Source: Piromyces finnis finn
Lineage: Eukaryota > Fungi > Neocallimastigomycota
DNA: 64,000 nt
Direction: 5' to 3'
Assembly (NCBI GenBank): GCA_002104945.1
Contig: MCFH01000009.1
Location: 1,054,001 to 1,118,000, forward strand
A model generated the notes under the pieces. The model was not told the origin of the DNA and did not search any database. It saw only the letters and a list, made by a program, of their open reading frames with translations. This document shows positions 13,038 through 25,491 of this stretch, one piece after another; positions within the stretch are counted from its first letter, which is position 1; each line of letters starts with the position of its first letter. Made by a program: the position numbers and the translations under genes.

Positions 13038-14949
13038 TTAAAATAATATATAGGATATGAACATAGCCATAAATGAAGAAAAGACAACCATTGAAAGACT
13101 CCTTGATGTACCGGAGAAAGAACTAACACTAGCTTTTTGACTTGGGTTTTCTACCATACCTAAATCTGTTTCATATTGTTCTGGTACTTGAATACCTAAT
13201 TCTTGTGATACTAAAGCAATCTTATTTCTTATAAAGTACTTAAGTGGAACAGTTTCGAATCTACTGACTTCTTGAGTACTAGTAACATGAGTTAAGAAAT
13301 CATCAAAATTATAGTTTAATTCAGTATCATGTTGACCAACAAGTTGACTAACTCTTGGAATGGAATAATCCCATTGAGCATCTTCATAAATAAGTTCAAC
13401 AAATGAGTCAATTCTAGAATATAAACTTCCAGTATGGAAAGAAGTTTTAAGGAGACGATCAAAAATTTGAGTAAATCTAGCTTTGTTTTCCGGACGAGAA
13501 AGAATTGCATCAAGTGGTGGTCGAGCTTTGTCAACCTTTGGATCGTGAATTGGTGGGTAATCAGAGAGTGGGGTATTTATCATTAAATCTGGTTCACCTC
13601 CAACACCGAAACTAAAATGGAAATCAGCATCATGGAAATACCATTTTCCTTTAGCGACATCCTTATATAAAAAGTAATTACCTGGCTTGTTCCAGTAATT
13701 ATCAATTGCACCAGCAAGAAATTCAACAGCCATATACTTTAAGAAAGTATCAATATCGAAGGACATTGTTTCAGTTTGATAATTAGCATATGCATTTATT
13801 TCTCTTACTAATGGGATAATTTCGTTTGCAACGTGTGTCATACTTGGTGTTGTATTATCATCACCCTTGTAGGAATAAACAGCGTACATTGGTTCATTAA
13901 TATCCTCACCATAATAACCTAAATCACTGTAGACAGCACCAATTCCACAACTTGGACAGTAATCAGCCTTAAAGATAGGATTTTCTTGAGTATATTTTTC
14001 ACCTTTGTTAAATGTTTCTCTAAGATAACGTCCACTAGTGATATCATCAGAAAGATCAAATAAACCAACAGGTTGGCCATTAATAAATACACGAGCAAAC
14101 TTATTTTGAGCAGCTGGTACACCGAGAGAATTTAAAATATCACCATAAATTTTATCTCTTAAGAAGGATGGATCCATATGTTCAGCACGTAATTTAATTG
14201 ATGAACGATTAAAAAGTTCCTTATTATCATCGGATTTTAAGTTTTTAAGCTTGTAACTAAGTTTTGGTACTCCTCTTGTTGATTGACCACTTATACTTAA
14301 TATTGCATTATTGAAAGTTTTAACTGAATAAGGACTAGCATATACAACAACAGCATTAGCTTTAAGTTCTTGATCAGTTGGATTTTGATACATTTGTTGT
14401 AATAATTGATTATCAACATTAATTATAATTGTAGATACATGAGTATCATCATATAACTTTGATGGTTCGTAAAATTCAAAAGGTTGATAAGCCTTAGGAA
14501 CTTGTGGATGTTCAATAACAGTTTGGCTTCTATTGAAAAATTCATTTAAAGATTTTTCTTCTTTTTCACGTTTACGAGAAAAGCTTTCTTGTTCAGAACT
14601 TCCATCAGCATATACAATATTATAATTATATTCTACTGGAAATTTATCAACTTCAACTTTTGCTTTATAAAGAGGATATTCCTCTAGAGTCATTTCGTAT
14701 TGTTGACCATTTACTGTAACAAATGGTGTACCATTTATAGCTAATACCTTGAATGAAACTTTTTTATAATTAAGTTTTTAATTATTTTTTTTTATTATTT
14801 ATAAAGTATATGAATTTATTAATTATGAAATATTTAAAATTTATTAGTTTTTTACCAATAATTTATAAATTTTGCTTACCTTTATCAGCATTAATTAATA
14901 ATACTTTTACTGAAGCTAATATTATATATAATGATTTTCCAAATTTCAT
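13038..14949 (-). CDS. cotH: CotH-kinase-domain protein 3, secreted with GPI-type C-terminus; 2 exons
   Basis: Exon 1 is 14949-14880 (MKFGKSLYIILASVKVLLINADK, GTAAGC donor) and exon 2 is 14758-13038. It carries the same motifs as paralogue 2 (EFLAGAIDNYWNKPGNYF, HDADFHFSFG). The C-terminus is SSFSGTSRSLSMVVFSSFMAMFISYILF. Confidence 0.92.
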
Positions 14950-17900
14950 TTTATATTATTCTTTTTTTTTAAAAAAAAAAAAAATTTAAAAAATTATGTT
15001 AGTAATTGTATTTTAAAACCTTAAAATTTATCATTTATTTTTTTTCCTAATTATTAAAATTATTGATTCCTCTAATAAACTAATATATTGATTACTATTT
15101 TTTACTTAAATTTTGAGTATATATATAATTTTAAATCCCAATTTTATTAATTCTTTATATTATAAAGAAGAAACCAATAAAAATATTTAAAATTAAATGT
15201 CTATAATTATTTATTATTTTTTTATTTTAAATTCTATTATTTTACTGAGATTTTTTTTTACAATATAAAGTTTTTTTTTTATTTGCACTTTTAATACAAT
15301 ATATTTTATCATTGATATAGATGTAAATTATTTTATAAATAATCATATAAAAAACATTTACTTTTTATAATTTCAGAGGAAGATATATACAGGATTTATT
15401 TATTATTATTTTTTTTGGCTTTAATAAATTAATCTATAAGAATTAAGTATAGCTTTTAGCATATACATAACAAATTTATATTTGGGTACTTTTTTCTTTC
15501 TTTTTTTTATATATAGATATACTTTATATATCTACTTTTATTGTTTTTTTTTATTCTTGTTCTTATTTTATTTTGTAATTATTTCCTTTTATTATTATTA
15601 TTTTTTTTTTAATTTTATTCTTTCAAAAAAATAAAAAAAAAAAAAAATTAAATATTCCAAGAAATTTTAAATATTTACTGTTTTGTCAATAATAAATGAT
15701 ATATATTAAATTAATATATATAATTCACAATCGAATTAATTTTAATTTATTAATTATATTATAATAAATTATTTTTATATAGTTTGGCATATTATTAACC
15801 TTAAAAAAAGGAAATAGTAACCAAAACACTAAAGAAAAAAAAAAAACTATGCCTAACTGGAACCACTAGATCAAATAAATTATCAAACTGATTATGATTT
15901 TTTTATAATTAATTTTAAATATTAATAAAACTAATATAAGAAGTTATGCATTATTATTTAATTTTGTTAAAACGAATATTACACAATAGAAATATAATAT
16001 TAATATATCATAATTAAATATTATACAATTATGATATTTAATTTATAATATATATAGAATATATTGTTTATTTATATACATTTATTAATTTATTAATAAA
16101 ATATTTATCTGCATTAAATAATAATTAGTACAATATTATAAGAATTATATTTATTAGAATTATATTTAATTAGAAATATAGTATTATAAAAATTAATAAA
16201 AGAAAATTAAAAATTAATTAATTATATAATTATACAATATTTATTTTTTATTTTATTCAATATATATAATATTATATCTATGTATTTAAAAAATATTATA
16301 TATATTGTATTATTATTTATAATATATTGATGGGGTAAGCTTTTATATTGATTAAAATTACAATTGATAATAATTAATAGATAAAAGGAAACATTAGAAC
16401 ATTAACAAAAAATAGAATAAATTAAACTAAATTCAATATTAATAATAAACGGACGGTATTTATTTAAATAAAAAGTTATTTGTTATTTTTTGTCCTAAAT
16501 ATGTCATATTAAATTTAACTAAATTAGTAAAATATTTGTATTATTCTGTATTGTGTTAATTTTTATTTTTATTATAATATTATATACAAAAAAATTAAAA
16601 AAATATTAAATTCAATTGATACAAAGGATAAAATTGTACATTTATTTTTTGATATATATTTTATAATAATTAAAGTTTATAAATGTAATATAACATTGTC
16701 ACACAATACTTTTTAATAATTTCCCGTAAGCCATATTAGTATAAGAATTAATATTCTCAAGTTATATAAACATTCACGTGTTTAAATAAAATTATATTAA
16801 CATGTAATAGAAAAAACATTATTATAATTATTGATGATTTTTAAAAGTTTACTTTAATTATACATACTAAATATTAACTATATATTAACTATTAGTTGTA
16901 ATAAATAAAAAAAATTTTATAATAATAAATTAAAACTAAAACAAATACACTAAAGTCAATAGAAACTAAATTTTCTTATTATAACAAAAATAATACTATT
17001 CATAAATATATTCAATACATATATTTTATGAATACACATGTTTATACCTACAAGATATAACTGTTTAGTAAATAATCTTAATTATCATTATTACAAATGT
17101 TTTTTTATATTAATTACTATTTGAAATTATTAAATGATAAATCATTATTATTATGCTGTACTATCATATGAATATAAAAATTTATAGATATTTTTATTAT
17201 AAATAAAATTATTCATGTTCAATTTTTCTTTAATTATATAACAGTATCATTTAATATTTTAATAATTTAAAACTTTATAATTTATATATTCAATATTAAA
17301 ACTTTATTAATCCATGTTTATATTTAAAATAATAAAATGAAAGCATGGTTAAATTTTTAATAAAAAGTTTTGTAGGTAAGAAAATAAGAAAAAATGCTAA
17401 TAATATTAATAATAGTAAATTATATATATATATATATATATATAATATCTACTAAAATGTTTATTAAAAAAGACAATTCAATTTCCCATGAGATACTAGT
17501 ACATTTAAGTTTAATTATACATTTTAACTTTTGAAAATATTTAATATCATATATAATATCATAATTATTTTATTTCTATTTATTTTAATCTTAAATTCGA
17601 ATTTATTGAAAATTTAATGTTTAATTATATGTATTTCACTAAAATTTAATTAATAATAATTATTAATATATTATTTATTTTAATTATTAATAAAAAGGTT
17701 AATTATGTGGTGGGAGTTGTGCTGATAGAAAACATTAAATAATTTATTAAATCATTGTTTATATATTCACTCATTTTAAGCTTTAATAATTTTTATATAA
17801 ACATTTTAATAAAAATAGTAATAATAATAATAAAAAAAAACTTTTTTATTTTTATATAAATTCTTATATCCTTTTATTCATAAATTTTAGTGTTCAAAAG

Positions 17901-18061
17901 GTTGAATGATTAATATAAGAATATTTGAAATTTTTATAATATAATAATTAAACAAAAAACAAAAAATAGTTTTTTATTTAATAATAAATGTATTTAACAT
18001 TTTAAAATTAATATTTTTTTTGAAATATATTTTTAATATAAAATAGCAAAACTAAAAAATC

Positions 18062-19153
18062 ATGAGAATAAAAAATTTCTTTTTTTTAACGTACTTTCCG
18101 ACGGTTTTTTGTGATGGTATTATTAAGAAATAAAAAAAATAACTATGTTAATAATAATGAATTTAATTAATTCATATTATGACTATTCTTATAATATATA
18201 TATTTATTAAATAAAACAAAAATAATGAAAAGTTACTTTTAGGGTTATTGCTCCAAAAGGAAAGCCATCTGTCATTGTTAACAATTTATCATACCCAATG
18301 GAAGTTCATGAATTTCCACTTTATAAAGTTAAAGTTAATGTAGATCCACCAGTTAAATATTATTATTCTTTAGATTTTGCAGGAACAAATGAAGAAGGAA
18401 GAGGTGTTGAAAATGAGCAATTTGAAAGAGAATTACAATCAGGGAAAGAAACTTTAAATGAATTTTTTAACAGAAAAATTACTGTAAAGGAACATCCAGC
18501 ACTTCCAAAGGCCTATGATAAATATGAAATGTATATTCCTTCAAAGTTATTTGATGGTAATATATATACATATATATATTGATATTTATAGAAGAGAATA
18601 TTTTAGTAATAACAATATATTTTATATTATATGAAGATACTCATGTTGCTACAGTTTTAATTAATTGTAATGCTGATGCAATTAATTCAATTCATCAAGA
18701 TCCAACCTCCGAAGAAAAAATTTATGGTGCAGAATTCATTTATGCTACGTATGTATAAATATTAAATATATTAATAATTAATAATATTAATTTTTATAAT
18801 ATATATAATGTATATTAAAAATTTAATGGGTATTATTGTTTTATATTTATAATAGTCCATACAGTATTAGAACTTTTAACAATGCAACTGTAAGAATTTC
18901 TGGTCAGTCTGTAAGTATTATATATCTTATAAATTATGAAAATTAATAGTATTGCTTATTTTTTAATCAATAAATATCAAAAAAAAAAAAAAATTGTATG
19001 ATAATAGACACTTTACACTTCAAAATTAAGTTATAAGATTTCAAATTTAAAGAATGATAAAAATAAAGAATTATATAAGCGTTCAAGTATCAAATTAAGA
19101 GCTGAACAAATGGATCCAACTTTTTTAAGGTATTTTAATTATATTATAAAAAA

Positions 19154-19194
<41 letters not shown>

Positions 19195-20605
19195 ATATTT
19201 CTATTTTATAACAAGTATAAAAATATGGTTAATGAGCTATTGAACATAGTTTTTTTTATATAATATATAAATAATAATAAAAATAAAAGAAATAGTTTAT
19301 ACTTAATATAGAATATTTACAAAAAATTTTTAGACTCACTTGATTGTATTTAATGAAATTTTTATAAAAAATGACTAAAAATTAAATTTTATTAATTCTA
19401 ATATTATATAAATATTCTTTAATCTTTAAAAATATCAATAATCTATATTATATATTATATTGTTCATATTTTAATAAAAAAGAGACAAAATATATTCAGA
19501 TATTTTGAATTCACTTGGTGTACCAACTCCACAAAATAAGTTTGCTAGATTATATATTAATGGTGATCCAATAGGTTTATTTGATTTAACAGATAGTGTA
19601 GCCAACCAAAGATATTTAAGAGAAACCTTAAATGAAGGTACTAAATTCGAAATTGAGAATCCATTATATAAAGCTGATTACTTCCCACCTACTGCTTGGG
19701 GTGATTTAGGTTATTATGGTGATGAACCAACTGCTGAAAGATACAGTATTTACTACTATCAAGGTAAAAGTATGGAAACTCTTGATCAAGATAAGCAATA
19801 TGAAAGAAATATAGAAATGAACAAGGAATATTTAATTCCATTTCTTAAACAAATTAACAACTATCCAGATGGTAATTTAAACATGGATATAAAAATGTTC
19901 CTTAAATTTATGGCTATGGAATTTTTAGGAGGTGCAGTAGATAACTTCTGGAATAGACCTGGAAATTATTATATTTATAAGAATATGAATTATAATAATG
20001 GACAATGGTTATTCCTTGATAGTGACTTTCATTTCACATTTGGTATTGGTGGTGATAAAATTAATGAATACCTTTCAACTACTATTGATGGTTATACTTC
20101 AGTTAATGATATAGATGAAATTGGTCCAGAAAGACCACTTATAGATAATATTAGAAAAAATCCAGATAATGAAAAATTTTTCATTGAAGTTTTTTCTAGA
20201 TTAATAAGTACTGCATTTCATATTGATGCTATTTTCCCACGTATTGATTCGTTGGCTGAATTAATTAGAGATGATGTTCTATGGGATTATGATCTTCCAA
20301 GAGTAAGTGGTTATCCAGATGCTGAAAATTATCAATATACTGAATCCGATTTTGAAAATCAAATAAACAATCAAGATTCAGGTTGTGAGAATTTTTCAAA
20401 TGGTATTTCAATAAAATGTTGGATTAGAAATAAAGGTTTAAATATTGCTTCTCAATTAGGATTCCAATACCCAGACGAACCTGATTATTCCAAAGGAACT
20501 GTTGAAACTTTAGTACAAACTTCAGAGAAAGATGCTGCATCTAAAGTTCAAGTATCTATTTTCACTATTAGTATTATTACATTAATTGTTACTTTATTAT
20601 TTTAA
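18062..20605 (+). CDS. cotH: CotH-kinase-domain protein 4, GPI-type C-terminus; 6 exons
   Basis: Exons 18062-18116 (MRIKNFFFLTYFPTVFCD; least certain), 18233-18556, 18637-18748, 18856-18910, 19008-19129 and 19483-20605 splice in frame. Motifs are ISGQSTLYTSKLSYKI, KLRAEQMDPTFLRDKIY, EFLGGAVDNFWNRPGNYY and LDSDFHFTFG. The tail is VSIFTISIITLIVTLLF. Confidence 0.88.
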
Positions 20606-21221
20606 GTAATTGGTATATTTCAATTAGGAAAAAATAATTAATGTAATTTTTTTTTATTAAAAAAAAAAAAAAAAGAAATTATATAATACATTTTGGTTAT
20701 CATTATTTACATCATTATTATTATCTTTTTAAATTAGATATGAAAAAAAAAAAAAAAAAACTAAAATAATTTTTTAGAATAAAAAATGAGCAATATATAA
20801 AAAAACTATTATTATTTATTATTTTTATTATTATAAATATTATTAATATTAGCTGCGTATTGTTCACTTTATAACTATTCATTCATTATATTACAGTATA
20901 ACACTATAGTGTAGATAAAATATATTTTATATTTAAAAAACATTTCTTATTTTTATTAATATGATTTTAAAAATTAATTTTTTTTTTTCCTACTTAAGAA
21001 TTATTATAATTTAACTTTTAAATATTATATTTATTTAATATATAAATAAAGCATTGATATAAACAGCCAAATTATAAGTGACTAGATATTAATCATAAAA
21101 AAGAAAAAAAAAAGGATTAATAATCTATTAAATGTATGTGTATTTTAACCCTTTATTAATTTAATTTCTTATTAAATATAATATTGCTTTTTTTTTTTTT
21201 TTTTTAATATAGTTTAAAATT

Positions 21222-21222
<1 letters not shown>

Positions 21223-21278
<56 letters not shown>
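21223..21278. repeat. (TTA)n microsatellite abutting the LINE fragment
   Basis: Uninterrupted tta repeats, about 19 units. Confidence 0.95.
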
Positions 21279-21280
<2 letters not shown>

Positions 21281-22040
21281 CCGATGGACTGCATGAGTTT
21301 ATAAAGCTGTATCGTTTATATTTTTATACTCTATTTCAAAAGATTTGAATATTCCTCCATTGTCATCCAAATGTGCGTTAGCTCAGGTTAGATGTTTTAA
21401 CAAATGGAAAAGCTCAAATTATATTATCTCACACCTTGTCAATTACATTCCTAAATTTAGAAAATATACATGGTACAAATCAAGTAGGACACTTGATAAA
21501 AAATTAAAGAAACATGGAGATATTAAAGCAGTTAAAAACTTTTATTGGAAAGATCTCAAAGGGAATTCAATCAAAGCACATTATTATGATGATAATAAAT
21601 TTATTGAAACTAAAGATTTTATCAAATTATGTTATGAATACCCAGAGTTTGCCTATGACATCTACTGGCTATTGAAAGCAAGAAGCGGATACAAGTTGGA
21701 TGCTAGAGTTGCAAAAGCTGCTAAATTTGTTGATCCAGTTTGTCCTAACTACTGTCCATGTTGCAAGTGTGGGGTTCAAAGTATTAAGCATTGGTTATTA
21801 GATTGTCCAACATTTAGAGATATCCGTATTAAGCATTATGATTCCATAGTCCAGCTATTAAATTTTTTCAGTCAACGTAATTCCAACAGTCCTATCAATA
21901 ATATTGAAAATGTTAGAGATAACAATAATATTAATAGTAATAGTAACAATAGTAGTAATAATAATAACAATAGTAATAGTAGAAATAGTAATAATAATAA
22001 TTCTAATTTAGGCCAGCGCAACAACCAATGGAGATCATAA
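21279..22040 (+). mobile_element. 5'-truncated, degenerate non-LTR (LINE-like) retrotransposon ORF2 C-terminal fragment
   Basis: The frame reads YRWTA*VYKAVSF..SKDLNIPPLS, with an in-frame TGA. It continues to WLLKARSGY and CPCCKCGVQSIKHWLLDC, the CCHC zinc knuckle typical of the LINE ORF2 C-terminus. No RT core is present, and GC content is higher than in the flanks. Confidence 0.75.
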
Positions 22041-22578
22041 TTTTGTCCCATGATAAAATTTTTGATCTTTGACCCGGTGTCCCATTGGAAGTCAAATACA
22101 ATATACTTTAGTATAATAGTGGCTTTCTTACTTAATTAAAATGACTTGAATACATTATATACATTATACCCAATTTTTATTCATTTGTGTTTATTTTAAC
22201 ATATTTTTTAAATTTTTATTTTTTTATTTTTAATTTTATTTTTTATAACATGTATTATAATTTTAATTAAATTAATAATAAAGTGTAAAAATATTTGATG
22301 CACAATTTTAGCAATGAAAAATCATAAATAATTATTACATACATAAATAGTTTTATTATTTATATTCGATTTTTTAAGAGGAATTATAGTTTATTTTAAA
22401 TTAAAATGTGGTTGAAAAAAATACATATATCTTTATGATAATGAATTTCTAATAAAATAAAATAAAATAAAGTAAAATAAAATATAAAAAATTATTAAAA
22501 AAAAAGTATTAAAAAAGAAATATATTTATATTATTATATTATAAGAACACATTTTCTCTAAATCTATATGATTCGCTA

Positions 22579-23017
22579 TTATGGAAATTTATTATTATTA
22601 CTGGTATTATTTAGCATATTCGCTGGATTGGCAGTCGCTAGATCATCATCAGAAATAGATCCATTATTATTATTTACATTTTTATTTTGTAGTTTTATAT
22701 TACTATTATTCAGATCTTGAATATCATTTACATCTGTATCTCTAATCATATTTCCAGTACTTCTATTATTCTTGTTTTTAAATGAATTTTCATTTGATTC
22801 ATATATAGTAGTTACATGTGTAGAATTTGACCGTTTCCGTCTGAACGTAGTTGTAATCAAGTTTTTAAAAGTTCCCTTTCGAATAATCTTTTTACTTATA
22901 GATGGAGAAGCTTTTTTTATTTATTATTTATCATTCATTATAATAAAGATAATTTATATATATTAATATATCAATATATTAATATAAAAGTGTAATAATA
23001 ATAATAATAATAATTAG

Positions 23018-23049
<32 letters not shown>

Positions 23050-24694
23050 TAATTAATAATTTTTGTTATAATAAAGAATATTTACCTATATCTTTGTTTT
23101 TATTAGGGAATGACGAAGAACTTTCATTTATACTAATTAATGGTGAATTACAAAGTTCATTTTCATTTATTTTTTCTTGTTTTGGAGTATTTAAAAGTTT
23201 CTCTTCTTTATTATTATTAGTATTTTCTTCTTTATCTTCATCACTACTTTTATTCTCATCTACTTGTGAAGAAATAGAATTCTTTCTTTTTTCTTTTTTG
23301 AAACTTTCAGAATCCTTTATCTCTTGTTCTTTTATTGACTTAATGGATTCATCTTTTTCTTTTATAGGAGAACTATCCTCCTTTTCTTTTTCATTATCAT
23401 TTGAATTACATTCACTATCTAAATTGTTCAGTGAATCTTTACTGTTTAAAGCTAAGTCTTCTCCCATTTCAAATAAATTATCAGTACTTACAGTTGCTTC
23501 TAGATTAGCAACTTGACGGCATAAAGGACATAAAAACATAATACCACCTCCTATTAAAGGGTGTACACATTTATAATGGAAACAATGAGTACATGGAGCT
23601 AAAAACAAAGCTTGATATGGTGCTAATGTATTTAAACAAATACAACATTCTACTGAACTACATTGGTCTTCAGCTTTTGTATTTGGGGAAGCGGCTGATA
23701 TTAATTCTTTTATGGCATTATTTAATCTTTTTTTTTTTTTTCAACATTATTAACATATTATTATTTATTATGTATAAAATATAAAATGAATAAATATATT
23801 TATTATTTTTTTTTTATAATTTTTATCAATTATTTCATTGTTAATAAAAATTAAGTATTTTGTTTTTTTAAATAAATTTTTAGAATAGGATTAAAATAAA
23901 GAATAATATTAAATTTAATTATATATAATAAATATTATTATTATACCTAGCAATGTTAGCAACTCTTTTAATATTTGCTTCTTTTCCTTGGATAATAATT
24001 TTCATCATAATGCATCTATATATATCTTATTATTGTCAATAATAAAATAATATTTATTTATTTTGCTATAATGAATATTATAGTAACAAAAAAATCTTTT
24101 ATAAATTTACCTTCTTTTTTTCCATGATAATCAATACCTAATTGTATAACATCGCCTGATCTTAATGGATAAGGTCTACTTTCTTTTCCAGAGGGACTTA
24201 ATCTTAATTTATTTAAAAATGTTCCCGAGGAACTACCAATATCTCTAAAGTACAACTTTATATTTAAATAAATTTTTGGAAGAAAAAATAAATATTATAA
24301 ATAATATTTAAGTATTTTATTTAACAATAATATTGAATAGTATAATAATAATTAATTTTTAAGCTTTAATATTTTTAATAAAGTATTCTCTAAATCCATA
24401 AATATTCAAATAATAAAAAGAGAAAGGTGGATATACCTGACCATCCTTATACCAAATTTCTGCATGATTTCTGCTAACTACTTTACTTTGAAATGGAACA
24501 AAATATTCATCTGATACATTTTCTTTATTTGCTTTTCTTCCAAATTTTAATATCTTTCCATCGACCATAGTTTTTCTAACTACTGGAAAATTTAATGCTG
24601 GTGAATCATGAATAGGATCTGTATATGGATATATAATAATACTTAAAGAATTATCATTCATTTCATGGTTTTCACAATTGTGTTCTTCTTCCAT
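22579..24694 (-). CDS. DMA1: FHA-RING E3 ubiquitin ligase, Dma1/Chf family; 5 exons
   Basis: FHA motifs are KFGRK, SKVVSRNHAEIW, YFRDIGSSSGTFLN and GDVIQLGIDY. Splicing 23726-23086 restores the RING-H2 CCICLNTLAPYQALFLAPCTHCFHYKCVHPL..CPLCR. Exons are 24694-24437, 24255-24111, 24025-23947, 23726-23086 and 22910-22579. Confidence 0.92.
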
Positions 24695-25491
24695 ATTGGT
24701 TAAACTTTTTTACTTTTTCAATAAAATTATTAAAAAGAATTCTAAATTTTAATATTGTGATAAATTTATTAATTATTGAAAGATATTGTTATTGATTAAT
24801 TTGCAACACTCACTCCGTCTTTTTAAACAAAAAATATATTTTTTTATTTATTTTAACACATATATAGTTTTTTATAGCAATTTTATTATTATTTTTATTA
24901 TTAACTCTTTTTAGATAGTTTTTAATTTTTTTTTTATTATCACTTTTTTTTTTTTTTTATTACTCACAATTATTATATTACCAAAAAATAATTAAGTTTA
25001 AAATGTATAAAAAATTATATAAATATATATTAATTATACCAATTAAGTAATAAACTCTATATTCTAGTTTATTTATAGTTAAATGAAAAACTAAAATAAA
25101 ATAAGATAAAAAAGAAATAATTTATGCAAATAATAAATAATGAATTTAACCATGAAGTTTAATATAGTATACATTTTTCTATAGGATATTAGTGAAAAGG
25201 TAATCATATATATTTTTTATTATAATTTTAAACTTTAATTATTAAGTTTTTCGTTTTTGAGAATTATAATTTTTATATATAAATAGTTACATTTTTTTAA
25301 TAATGAATAAAGGAGTTATGAAATTAATAATTAATTATTATTTTCGATTTAAAGGAAATACTAATAGAATATGATAATTTATAAATGTATAATTTTTATT
25401 AAAATTAAACTTATATATATTTATTATTATAATTATTTTAGTGATAGTGATTATAAAATAAATATTATATGTTTTATATAATAAACATTAA

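Noticed and set aside
14950-18061. 3.1-kb gap between divergent cotH-3 and cotH-4 as the site of a hidden gene or fifth paralogue
   Set aside because: I found no CotH-like peptide, ORF or sustained GC-rich segment on either strand. It looks like shared promoter/spacer DNA.
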